Assembly (NCBI GenBank): GCA_003707115.1
Contig: PPNB01000007.1
Span: 1 to 64,000 of the forward strand
DNA length: 64,000 bases
Origin: Tortispora ganteri
Taxonomy: Eukaryota
Reading direction: 5' to 3'
This document shows, piece after piece, positions 32,688 through 42,962 of this stretch (position 1 is its first letter; the number at the start of each line of letters is the position of its first letter). Made by a program: the position numbers and the translations under genes. A model generated the notes under the pieces. It saw only the letters and a program-made list of their open reading frames with translations, was not told the origin of the DNA and did no database searches.

Positions 32688-35048
32688 CTAAACAATAGAT
32701 GAAGGATTGCGTTCGTGTCCACCTGCTCTTCGCTTGAAAAAATTAACAAACCTTCGCGCGGTGTCGGAACTGGAATATACGGAAGATGTATCCACCACCT
32801 TCTTAGCATACGCCGACTCATTGATCTTGTTCTGCACAGGGTTAAGCGGCTCAATTGGCGATCGCACACTAGTGGCCGTGTATGACCGCGTGTGTCCCGT
32901 TTGCCGTGCTAAATTCGCTATCTCGCTCGGAGTAGGAATATACGACATCCGTTTCCTGTGATCCATATTGGCTCGACCTCCTCGTCGAGTCGGTGATACG
33001 TTCCTGCTTCCAGAAGGAGCCCCGCCCGTCTTTGAAATAACAGGACCCGCTCCAAACCCAAACAAAGAACTCAGACGTCGCCTAGTACTCTCCGACTTCT
33101 TAATTCCAGATGTAGACGGCGCAGGGATATGCGATCGCGCCTTAGGTTCATTCTCAAGTTCTATTGAATCTGTCATATTAACATCAGTAGAACTAGCTGT
33201 TGCTACTTCGACCTTGACCTCTTCAACTGCAGGAGCAAGTTCAGCACGCTCGGCGCGTACGGCACGTTCGGCAGATTCCATTATAGGTGCTGATGACAGA
33301 ACAGGCGAAGTGCTGGACTGGCGTGACGAAACAGAGCTGTTGCGGTGCAAATTAGCAACAACGTTTTCCTGTGAACCAACAAGTTGTCCTCCAACAGGAG
33401 GCTCCGTAGAAAGGCCAACTGATGCAACAGGAGGACAAAGTTGAATAGAGTTGGATCTCGTTATTTGTCCACTATTAGCGCCTCCTGCCGACGATACAGA
33501 ATTCGTCGATTGATGTCCTGATTCTGACGCTACAGGAGTTGACTCTTTAGTGATTCCCATTTGCGCTAACATTTGCTCGTAATTCACAGTATACGTGGGC
33601 TGATAAGAAGTTGGTCGAGGACGACGAGCACCTGGTAAGCGTGTGTTCCTAGTAGTAGGTTTAGGAGGCTGTGCAAATTGACCGTGGTTAGCGGTTGTTC
33701 CTGCGCTCGAGTATGATCGAGCGTTTCCTCTCCGTTGAGACACTTCCCATTGAGCAGGAATTTCCGTTGCTGGGAATTGTGAAGATGCATTGCGTGCGTG
33801 CGTAGGAACATTGAGCTGCCTAAGATCTTCGGCTGGGAATGCATTTGATCCTTGGGTGAATCGTTCTCTGAAATGTTCCACATACATCGACTGTGGACGA
33901 TAACCAGCAGTAGCCGATAAAGAAGCTGAACGGTTAATTCCAATGCTGGACGGTGGAATTATAGCACTGGAAGCTCGAGAATGAGCGCTACCAGTGGGAA
34001 CTGTTAACGGTGTGACAGAACCAGCCGCAACCTTGTTTGCAGTTTTGGCGGCCATCTTGACTTCCCATTCTGATGATGACACTTGTAAGAAGTGATAATG
34101 AGGCAAAAGCCAGGAATGTGCTTTGACTTCGTTCATATCAGCGCGTTTCAATGGATCAGGAACAAGGATCTTGCGGAGCAGATCGCGTGGCATTGGATTG
34201 ATATACTCTGGAAAAGTCAGAGGGGTTGTGGTGATGTAGTTATAAAGAAGTGCTATATTATCACCATCAGGGTTATTTGGATCATCATCAAAAGGTAAAT
34301 AACCTGCAAGCATGGCATATAGAATGACACCGAGAGACCAAATGTCGACTTTGCGACCTGCATATTTTGAATCGGAGACGACCAGTTCAGGTGCAGCATA
34401 GCACGGAGACCCGCAAGAAGTCGACATTAATTCTGAGTCATTAAAGCCAGCTTCTACTTCTTTGTAGTTGAAGAGGTTTGCGAATCCGAAATCAGTGACG
34501 AGAACGTTCTTGTGCTTGTCGAGCAGGATATTTTCAAGTTTGAGGTCTCTGTGAACCACACCTCTAGAATGCAAATAGTCCACGGCTGAAACTAACTGAG
34601 AAAAGAGTCTGCAGGCAACCGGGTCTTTTAGATAACGATGCGAAAGTATATATTCGAATAGTTCACCGCCAGAAGCATATTCGAGAACTATGCCGATATA
34701 TCTTTCTGACTGCATGACTTCGACTAGATGGATGACGTTTGGATGATGAACGAGTTTCAAGACCTTTATTTCTCGGTGGACTTTTGCTTCACGCACGGAT
34801 CGAGGCGGAATGGTTTCTTTCTTGATAAATTTTATCGCGACTTGTTCTGGTGCTGGACCTCTGAGTGTCTGGAGATCATTATTGGCAGACATGGGTTTGC
34901 GGAAACCGAGCTTGACTTTGCCAAACTCGCCTTCACCTAAAGTGTTGCCTAAAATGTAGTTGCCGAAGCGTGCTTCATGGCGCACAGACGCGGTGCTTGG
35001 ACCTCTTGCATGTCTAGATTGATGCGTGATGCCTAGGGGTTGCGACAT
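32688..35048 (-). CDS. KIN4: Ser/Thr kinase Kin4/Frk1
   Basis: LGEGEFGKVKLG, TSCGSPCYAAPELVV, PFDDDPNNPDGDNI..LY.YI, terminal ARRFVNFFKRR. Confidence 0.9.
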   Translation of the reverse strand: MSQPLGITHQSRHARGPSTASVRHEARFGNYILGNTLGEGEFGKVKLGFRKPMSANNDLQTLRGPAPEQVAIKFIKKETIPPRSVREAKVHREIKVLKLVHHPNVIHLVEVMQSERYIGIVLEYASGGELFEYILSHRYLKDPVACRLFSQLVSAVDYLHSRGVVHRDLKLENILLDKHKNVLVTDFGFANLFNYKEVEAGFNDSELMSTSCGSPCYAAPELVVSDSKYAGRKVDIWSLGVILYAMLAGYLPFDDDPNNPDGDNIALLYNYITTTPLTFPEYINPMPRDLLRKILVPDPLKRADMNEVKAHSWLLPHYHFLQVSSSEWEVKMAAKTANKVAAGSVTPLTVPTGSAHSRASSAIIPPSSIGINRSASLSATAGYRPQSMYVEHFRERFTQGSNAFPAEDLRQLNVPTHARNASSQFPATEIPAQWEVSQRRGNARSYSSAGTTANHGQFAQPPKPTTRNTRLPGARRPRPTSYQPTYTVNYEQMLAQMGITKESTPVASESGHQSTNSVSSAGGANSGQITRSNSIQLCPPVASVGLSTEPPVGGQLVGSQENVVANLHRNSSVSSRQSSTSPVLSSAPIMESAERAVRAERAELAPAVEEVKVEVATASSTDVNMTDSIELENEPKARSHIPAPSTSGIKKSESTRRRLSSLFGFGAGPVISKTGGAPSGSRNVSPTRRGGRANMDHRKRMSYIPTPSEIANLARQTGHTRSYTATSVRSPIEPLNPVQNKINESAYAKKVVDTSSVYSSSDTARRFVNFFKRRAGGHERNPSSIV

Positions 35049-36112
35049 GTTTTCGAGAGACAGATTTTGATCAGATGAAACAGAATAAAAATGCGGAAAT
35101 GCTAACCTATAAAAGGGAGGTATTAGGCGTTTAAAAGAGAGTCGTATTCGTGAAGGAGAAAATACTTAAGGCAATAAATGTTGACTCGTTCAGGTAAACA
35201 GTGGAGCCCGACAACAAGAACAAGACGATGAAGAGTGGAGGTTAGGGCCCTTAATAAAAAAAAAATTACTTTTCTAATTTCGGCCTAATGAGTACAGTAA
35301 ACCGAGAGACAAGTATGCGACTGTTTTATGCAAGTTTCAGGGAAATAACGGGTACACTGAGAATCGACCGCGGGTAGGTTTCAGAATACACGAGGAGAGA
35401 TTTAGGTGGGTTTATTTGCTTCAATTGTAGCAAATTAGAGATTAAAAAAATGATCCAGTATTACGATCGACAAGCCGAACGTTTTACTGACAATTAGTGT
35501 CCAATCAAAGATGTAAGAAAGGAAAGACCCTTGTTTATTAACGGATTAAAGGTTGACTAAAAGGATATGTGTGTATGTGCCTTTTGTTTACGTTAAGGTT
35601 GACTGAGGTATGCAAAACCTTAATTTCAATACGACACTCTCGTCTGTTGGCATTCCCGATTTTTGCCTAGCAACAGTGTTGATTAGTGAGATTCATCGGT
35701 AACATTAGGGTAAGGGGTGTAAATGTCTCTGTTAGAGGGGATCCTGGCGGAGTTTGTGAATCTCATTAAAGGAGGCATACAGCGGTTAATAACTGCTAAA
35801 TAAGGAATATTGTGTATCTCTAGTTGTCTATGGATTAGCTAAGATGTAGGAATTTTTTTTTGCGATTGAAGCAACGGCATACCGGCCGTAGTCCGACGCT
35901 ACGATGAGTTGCGTAGGTCGGTGGTCGGCTAGTACCCCGCGATGCGTGGAATAGAGTGCCTGTGATTGGTCAAAATATTTGTACAGAGAACCTCTGTAGG
36001 CTATATATATAGGCAGCCAGACATTGACGACATAATCGATAATCAGACAAAAAGACGGATCGGGAAGGTCTACAGAAGAAGTCTGCATTTTAAGAGTCGA
36101 TTTAACAGTATA

Positions 36113-37927
36113 ATGACTATGTTACGAAATGTGTTAAAATCGGTTCCCCTGATTAGACCCTCTTTATCTATCAGCCTGCAAGCACGAGTATCAATACATT
36201 CTCTCCAGCGGGTGCCTTTCAAGGCGCGATTCTACTCCGATATTACTCCAGAAGAACGAGAGATTTTAAATGAGCCTAGAGAAAGTGATGAAGTTGATCT
36301 ATGTATTGTCGGTGCTGGTCCTGCTGGTCTAGCAGCCGCTATCCGGGCGAAACAGCTTGAAGCTGAATCAGGCAAAGAAATACGTGTGATCGTTTTAGAG
36401 AAAGCAGCTGAAGTTGGTCTTCATATTTTATCTGGCGCTGTAGTTGAGCCTCGCGCTTTAAACGAGCTGTTACCTGACTGGCAGGATAATCCGCCAGAGC
36501 CTTTCACTGCAGTGACAAGCTCGGGCATGAAATATTTAACGAAAAAGATGGCGCTTCCATGTCCTGAACCGCCACCTATGCACAACAGCGGCAATTATAT
36601 CACATCCTTGAGCAATTATGTCAAATGGCTTGGCGAAAAAGCTGAAGAGCTCGGTGTTGAAATATATCCTGGGTTCTCTGTCAACGAGATCCTGTACGAC
36701 GATCAAGGCGCTGTAGTGGGAATCGCGACCAACGATATGGGCATTACGAAAGAGGGAAAGCCTAAAGATTCGTTTGCACGCGGTATGGAATTCCGATCCA
36801 AGATTACTATGTTCGCTGAAGGTTGCCACGGGTCTTTGTCCAAACAGGTTATCTCTAAGTACAATCTGCGCAAGAATTGCGATCCGCAAACCTACGGTAT
36901 AGGACTTAAGGAAGTATGGGAGATTGATCCTGAAAAGTTTGAAAAGGGCAAAGTTGTTCATTCTATGGGTTATCCATTGGATTTGGAGACATACGGCGGT
37001 GGATTTATGTACCATTTTGGCGAAAATATGGTCTCTGTGGGTCTTGTAGTTGGATTAGACTACAAGAATCCATGGATCTCACCGTACCAAGAGTTTCAAC
37101 GAATGAAACATCATCCATTGTATTCATCAGTTCTAGAAGGCGGTAAATGTCTTTCGTATGGTGCGCGCGCTCTAATTGAAGGTGGGTTCCAGTCGATACC
37201 ACAACTTATTTTCCCTGGAGGTGCTCTGATTGGCGATTCTGCTGGGTTTATGAACGTGCCAAAAATTAAAGGATCGCATACTGCTATGAAGAGTGGTATG
37301 CTTGCTGCAGAGGCTGCATTTGATGCGCTCACTGCCGAGACCAGCAATCAGTCACCTATTGTGCTGTACACCTACCCGGAGAAACTGAGATCATCTTGGG
37401 TATGGGAGGAATTAAAGGCAGTACGCAACGTACGTGCGTCATTCCATAGTCCACTGAAGAATATTGGAGGAATTATTTACTCAGGCATCGACACTCTACT
37501 GCTAAAAGGCCGCGTCCCGTGGACGTTCCATCATCCTTGTACAGATGCAGAGTCCACTGGAACTGCCGACAAGTACAAGAAAATAGAATATCCGAAACCT
37601 GACGGTAAAATAAGTTTTGATATTATGACTTCTGTGTCTCGCACAGGAACTATGCATGACGAAGACGAGCCTGTTCATTTGCGCGTGAAAGACTGGGAGG
37701 CACATACTGAGGCAGCATACCCTAAATACAAGGGCGTTGAGCAGCGATTTTGTCCTGCCGGAGTTTACGAGTATGTGGAAGATGAATCAAAACCGCTTGG
37801 TGTCAGGTTTCAAATCAATTCACAGAATTGTATTCACTGCAAGACTTGCGATATCAAGGTACCAACACAGGATATCAATTGGACATGCCCCGAAGGAGGA
37901 GATGGTCCTAAATATTTCATGACCTAG
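36113..37927 (+). CDS. CIR2: ETF-ubiquinone oxidoreductase
   Basis: IVGAGPAGL, AEGCHGSL, FCPAGVYE, NCIHCKTCDIK; first ATG 36113 with basic presequence; ATTGG (CCAAT) and TATATATA upstream. Confidence 0.96.
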   Translation: MTMLRNVLKSVPLIRPSLSISLQARVSIHSLQRVPFKARFYSDITPEEREILNEPRESDEVDLCIVGAGPAGLAAAIRAKQLEAESGKEIRVIVLEKAAEVGLHILSGAVVEPRALNELLPDWQDNPPEPFTAVTSSGMKYLTKKMALPCPEPPPMHNSGNYITSLSNYVKWLGEKAEELGVEIYPGFSVNEILYDDQGAVVGIATNDMGITKEGKPKDSFARGMEFRSKITMFAEGCHGSLSKQVISKYNLRKNCDPQTYGIGLKEVWEIDPEKFEKGKVVHSMGYPLDLETYGGGFMYHFGENMVSVGLVVGLDYKNPWISPYQEFQRMKHHPLYSSVLEGGKCLSYGARALIEGGFQSIPQLIFPGGALIGDSAGFMNVPKIKGSHTAMKSGMLAAEAAFDALTAETSNQSPIVLYTYPEKLRSSWVWEELKAVRNVRASFHSPLKNIGGIIYSGIDTLLLKGRVPWTFHHPCTDAESTGTADKYKKIEYPKPDGKISFDIMTSVSRTGTMHDEDEPVHLRVKDWEAHTEAAYPKYKGVEQRFCPAGVYEYVEDESKPLGVRFQINSQNCIHCKTCDIKVPTQDINWTCPEGGDGPKYFMT

Positions 37928-38070
37928 TCTTTTTTTTTGCATTGGCAATTGACTTAATGTTTCCCTTCTTCATTATACATTATTAACGACCAACGGGGAT
38001 GTTTTGTAGTGTCAATCTAACTATTACCCCACCCCATCATGGAACCTAACTTTCGACAAAAAACAACAGT

Positions 38071-39528
38071 ATGGACGAATTCATCCCTACAAGAAAATTA
38101 GATGAAATATACTCTAAATCTGCATTAAATCGTATTAAAAAAAGATACGATAATGTTATTTCATCATTTAAACGACAATTTGGTAATGAACCTGATGTCA
38201 TTTTAAGATCTCCTGGCCGCGTCAACCTCATAGGAGATCATATTGACTATATGGACTATTCAGTTTTCCCTATGGCTATTGAACCTGATATTATTATGGC
38301 ATATCGTACTACAGATACTAAAACTATTGAACTTTTTAACACAAACCCGGAATTTGATGCGATAAATATCGATCTTAACGACAAAGAACTCATAATGGGC
38401 CCTCCACATTGGAGCAATTACTTCATCGCTGGTCATATCGTCGCGCACCAATATATGGTTAGTAAAAATACACTAAAACTCACTGGATTACAAGTCTGCG
38501 TCGATGGTGAAGTGCCCGCACGATCCGGTCTATCATCGAGTGCCGCTTTTGTTTGTTGTGCCTGTCTTGTAGTACTAAACGCGGGCAACGTCTCTGTTAC
38601 CAAACGTCAACTCACAGAACTTTCTATACAATGCGAAAAACACGTCGGTGTCAATTCTGGTGGAATGGACCAGGCAGCTTCTGTTAATGGTCTCAAAGAT
38701 CATGCTCTGCTCGTCGACTTCCATCCGATCAACGTTACCCCATTGAAACTTCCCGATTGCGCAGTTGTTATTGCTCATTCGCTAGTCGTTGCTGATAAGC
38801 TCGAGTCCGCTCCCCGCAATTACAACCTACGTGTCGCTGAAGACTCAATAGCTGCTGCAGCTCTTGCTCATTACCTCGACGTCAATGTCCCATACGACAA
38901 CATCATCGGGTGTCCATCCTTAAGAGCAGTCGAACTTGCTCACTTCAAGACACCCGCAAAATCCACCGAGGAACAGATCCAGCGTTTGACTAATATGGAA
39001 GAAATTTGCGCTAAACTTTTCCCACATGATGGCTGTACTGACGAACAGGCTGCTCACTTTTGCGGTATTTCCGTTGATCAGCTCAAGGCCACTTTTATGA
39101 AATCAAAGCTCGAGTACACCAAATTAAACCTCTACAAGCGGTCTGTTCACGTTTTTGCCGAAGCGAAAAGAGTGCTTCAATTCTTTCATGAACTCTCTAC
39201 AACCGCGCGACTCGAAGTTCTAGGCCAGCTCATGAACGAATCGCAGGAATCTAGTCGCACAATGGTCTGCAACTCTTGTCCGGAAGTCGACCACCTGTGC
39301 GCAATCGCGAAAGAAGCTGGCTCACTCGGTTCTCGCGTCACAGGTGCCGGATTTGGTGGTTGCACAGTTCATCTACTACCGAACGATGACTCCGCAGTCG
39401 AAAAGCTCATTAAAGCTTTCAAACACAAGTACTACGCTGTCTATTACCCGAATATTGACGAGAAAACGCTTTCCGAATCGATAATTGAGTCTCGTCCTTC
39501 TTCTGGTACCGCGTTCGTCACGTTTTGA
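38071..39528 (+). CDS. GAL1: Galactokinase
   Basis: SPGRVNLIGDHIDY, GLSSSAAF, SGGMDQAAS, GSRVTGAGFGG. Confidence 0.93.
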   Translation: MDEFIPTRKLDEIYSKSALNRIKKRYDNVISSFKRQFGNEPDVILRSPGRVNLIGDHIDYMDYSVFPMAIEPDIIMAYRTTDTKTIELFNTNPEFDAINIDLNDKELIMGPPHWSNYFIAGHIVAHQYMVSKNTLKLTGLQVCVDGEVPARSGLSSSAAFVCCACLVVLNAGNVSVTKRQLTELSIQCEKHVGVNSGGMDQAASVNGLKDHALLVDFHPINVTPLKLPDCAVVIAHSLVVADKLESAPRNYNLRVAEDSIAAAALAHYLDVNVPYDNIIGCPSLRAVELAHFKTPAKSTEEQIQRLTNMEEICAKLFPHDGCTDEQAAHFCGISVDQLKATFMKSKLEYTKLNLYKRSVHVFAEAKRVLQFFHELSTTARLEVLGQLMNESQESSRTMVCNSCPEVDHLCAIAKEAGSLGSRVTGAGFGGCTVHLLPNDDSAVEKLIKAFKHKYYAVYYPNIDEKTLSESIIESRPSSGTAFVTF

Positions 39529-39615
39529 CAACCTTAGTTTGTATATAATATATATTAATTTCTACTCTGTGCTGAACACGTAGAAAGAGCGCACGCAGAT
39601 GAAACTTATCTTACA

Positions 39616-41316
39616 TTAGAACGCCGCATTCTCGAAAAATGATAACGCAGACAGTCGTGCTTCAATAAGTTTGCGCACAGTTTCCAGACACTGTGGATTG
39701 ATCGATCCTCGTATAACGTTCATCCATACTTCGTTATTTATATTGAACGGTATAGAATCAACGCGGTGTGGCATGGTCTCTGTTAGGCGACAACAGTATG
39801 TGTCAACTCTCTGTAAAAACGACAAGTAGCATGCTGCATTGTTCTCTGACATTGAAAGCTGTAAAAACTTTTGCTCAGTTAAATCTACCGAGTTCTGGAT
39901 ATAGTACAAGCCAACAAATATATCCTTCGACGGCGTTAGGTATGGTATCGCTATGATTTTCAATAGTTTCGCAAATATGCACGCATATGTCGTAAATATG
40001 AGTGTACTGCACATAGGATACAGTAATATATTAGAAAATTTGCGAGCGTGCTTAGCCATAAAATCTTCCAGCACATCTCCAATCAATGACGCACGTTCAA
40101 CGATCTCAAGTTCACTAGATGGAGGGCCCGCAACATAACTGAAATACAAATCGTTCCATGCTTCGTTAGCTATGGGATTGAAAAACAAACTGAAATAACA
40201 TTCTCCATTATACCATAGCCAATTCAGCATATTAGGGCACTGAGAACGAACAGAACCTATCCAGAGTGCCCAGGAAATTACACATGGCAGTGATGGAGTC
40301 TTCAAGTGCCGTGCAGAACGAGAAACTAACCTATCGTCAGGAAAAAGCATGTAGTATCCAATTAATGCAAAACAATAAGAATAGACTGTACGCATTATCC
40401 GCAGCACAGTGTGTTCGCGCGGGCTACCAGTAGTAGCAGCACGCTTATGTGTATTCATACGGTCTGGAATGTATCCTTCAAGAAACTCTTTCATCTCCAA
40501 AGGGTATAGAGCTATCGTACGACATAGATACGTTGTATCTAGTATCTTCTCTGCCCTTCTGTGAAGCATTCTTCTGTTCAAGCCCGTAGTTACGTACCGG
40601 AACCTTGCGAACTCCTGCGCTTTCTCGGCAGCACTAAATATCCAGCTCAGAATTTGTCGTTCGCGATGCATTCGATTAGAAACAGGTATAGTAAAATCCA
40701 TAGTACAATGGCACTGGCTTTTTGTTATATCGCAGTAAGTCCCTGGATGCGGCAGTAGTTGCAGGTTATCCATACCGTCAAGCGGCCGCAATCCTGGTGT
40801 AACATAGCTTATACTTCCTTTGTGGGTTATATAATCAAAGCAGTCAATAAACTTGCAGTCAAAAAAAGAAGGCAGCGGCACCGTCCTGTATCTAGCCGAC
40901 GCCAATGCTACCTGGTACTGGTCCCATGCGTAGAATCCGCCAGCGAGCTTCTGCCATATCGATGGACATGACAAACTTGATTGGATTAGTTGATTATTAG
41001 TTCGCCGGTATGCAATATCTACAATTGCTGCCGGGAGATACATTGCAATTGAAATAACCAATTCAGCCGGAAACCGTGCCATCCTGATGGCAATATAGCT
41101 AGCAGATGCTTCTGGGAGGGCATTCTTAGCTTGTTTAAATTCGGAGGGCAAAATGATACTCGATTCAGATAATGTGTTGTCTGAGAAATCAGATTCTACA
41201 TCCAGCTCTATTCCTGTATCCGAGGACTGTTCCGAATCAGCAAGCAACCGCCGAGAAGTGGCAGAAAGCATATGCGTGTAAGTCAAGTCATGGTGTTCAA
41301 CGAAATATGAGGACAT
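39616..41316 (-). CDS. Uncharacterised 566-aa protein, possible F-box-like motif
   Basis: Long ATG-initiated ORF filling the gap; MARFPAELVISIAMYLP...IWQKL resembles an F-box; rest unrecognised. Confidence 0.65.
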   Translation of the reverse strand: MSSYFVEHHDLTYTHMLSATSRRLLADSEQSSDTGIELDVESDFSDNTLSESSIILPSEFKQAKNALPEASASYIAIRMARFPAELVISIAMYLPAAIVDIAYRRTNNQLIQSSLSCPSIWQKLAGGFYAWDQYQVALASARYRTVPLPSFFDCKFIDCFDYITHKGSISYVTPGLRPLDGMDNLQLLPHPGTYCDITKSQCHCTMDFTIPVSNRMHRERQILSWIFSAAEKAQEFARFRYVTTGLNRRMLHRRAEKILDTTYLCRTIALYPLEMKEFLEGYIPDRMNTHKRAATTGSPREHTVLRIMRTVYSYCFALIGYYMLFPDDRLVSRSARHLKTPSLPCVISWALWIGSVRSQCPNMLNWLWYNGECYFSLFFNPIANEAWNDLYFSYVAGPPSSELEIVERASLIGDVLEDFMAKHARKFSNILLYPMCSTLIFTTYACIFAKLLKIIAIPYLTPSKDIFVGLYYIQNSVDLTEQKFLQLSMSENNAACYLSFLQRVDTYCCRLTETMPHRVDSIPFNINNEVWMNVIRGSINPQCLETVRKLIEARLSALSFFENAAF

Positions 41317-41845
41317 TACCTAAAGTCATGATGCACAATTGGCGCGTAAAACGGTAATATTTATACACTCCATTTCAAGCCTTTAGGGCTTGGTCAATGT
41401 CATGTATAAGGGTGTACAGCATGAGACGGATGGTACCGTTTCGCAAACGGTACAACTTAGTACACGGCTAGAACCAGCTGACATGATCGCCGCGATCAAT
41501 TGAATCCAAGTATATGTCACAAAATACTATATACTCTCAATGATAAAAAATTTTGACAAAATAAAAACAAAAATCAAGAGGACTTGAATATTTGACAGCA
41601 AAATAGGGTCCTGTTATAGATAAACGAGGGCACAGGTTGATATTGGTAATTTCGTGTTTTCGTTGCTATAGTAACTTTTGGATTTTCTTGCTGAAATATT
41701 TGTTGCCTTCTCCAGCTGTCGATACTCCTCCGCTAAGATCAGTTACTTTGAGAGCTGAGCACATTCGAAATTCAGATAATTGTAAATAGCCTTTACCTGC
41801 GTAGTTTATTTGTGAAGTTAAGCTGATTCTGTGTGAAGAGTAAAG

Positions 41846-42310
41846 ATGCTAAGGTTGAGCAGTCGAAATGTGTGTGTGCCTAAAGCTGTCGCACAATTAA
41901 CAGGACAAGTGCGACAAAAAAGTGCACGGACAGGCAGCCGAGGCAGCCGAAGCGGCACGATTCAGGCCGATCAAAGAGTGTTGTCGCAGTTGTATGCGCT
42001 GTCAGGACATCGGAAACTTCCTAAAGTTCTGAACTACAGCCCAGAGGACCTTGTGAAGCACAACGTTATACATCGTGCGTGGATGTTTCACAAGAGCGAA
42101 CAAAGGCGTGCAAGAGAGAATGCACTTAAAGTACAGTACGAGTGTATGAAAGAGGCGTGCGACGATTTAGAGCAGGTGAATGCAGAATTGTTCAAAAAAG
42201 CGACTACCCGGCCGCGGACAGTCCGATTTCCGCGCGAAATCCGCATTCCAACCGAAACGCCACCGAACGTTCCATGGGACAGCAACTGGAAAAGGAGCAG
42301 TGAAACTTAG
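41846..42310 (+). CDS. MRPL28: Mitochondrial ribosomal protein mL40
   Basis: HNVIHRAW..H...QYECMKEACDDL...FPREIRIPTETPP..PW; basic presequence. Confidence 0.88.
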   Translation: MLRLSSRNVCVPKAVAQLTGQVRQKSARTGSRGSRSGTIQADQRVLSQLYALSGHRKLPKVLNYSPEDLVKHNVIHRAWMFHKSEQRRARENALKVQYECMKEACDDLEQVNAELFKKATTRPRTVRFPREIRIPTETPPNVPWDSNWKRSSET

Positions 42311-42400
42311 GAATAATGAGTAACGGAGATATATAAAAAAACATTACCACATGTAGTTTGTGTAACGGTCATAACATGTATAGTGATTGTAGCATTTTAG

Positions 42401-42862
42401 TCAACCTCGCCACCCGCGAAGATGCTGCATTAGTCCCTGTCTGTCGGGCTGTTTTTGGTCTTCGCCTAATGTTCCCTTGCGTTTCTGGTATTCGGGCGTA
42501 CCTGCGAATACCGGCAGAGTTTTAGCGACAGAGTCCGGATCAGTTTTGTCGCATTCATCGAGCAGCGCAATGACCTGTTCAAGGCGGTCTTTGGCCTTTG
42601 TAAGTTTTTCTAGTTCATTCAAAACAGCAGGTTTAGTTATATTGATCTCAGGAGTCTTTTTCAGAGCGTTAATATCGCTAGAGACAAGATCAGACTCATG
42701 CAGTATACGCGCTCTCATTGATGACAATATGTCGACTTTACGGCTAAGTTGTGAGGCCATTAGTGAGCTGTCACGTTCTAATTCAGTCAATTTCTTAATT
42801 GAAATAGAATATTGTTCATCTACTGAATCTAAAGCACTTAATTCTGCGTCGATAACATCCAT
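42401..42862 (-). CDS. Small coiled-coil protein, possibly short fungal Cog7-like
   Basis: 153-aa helical ORF; LEKLTKAKDRLEQVI and VFAGTPE recall a fungal Golgi-tether family; identity uncertain. Confidence 0.55.
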   Translation of the reverse strand: MDVIDAELSALDSVDEQYSISIKKLTELERDSSLMASQLSRKVDILSSMRARILHESDLVSSDINALKKTPEINITKPAVLNELEKLTKAKDRLEQVIALLDECDKTDPDSVAKTLPVFAGTPEYQKRKGTLGEDQKQPDRQGLMQHLRGWRG

Positions 42863-42962
42863 TGTTTGAATTAAACTGTGGTGGTCGGGTGGAGGAGTAG
42901 TGGTTAAGGTTAGGTTTTGTGTCAGATCGTCAAATTAAATATGAAGTAGAACAATAAAAGCA

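Noticed and set aside
41433..41471. Hairpin followed by CTAG as a Helitron 3' end
   Set aside because: CTAG is followed by A rather than T, and no 5' end or Rep/helicase ORF is present.
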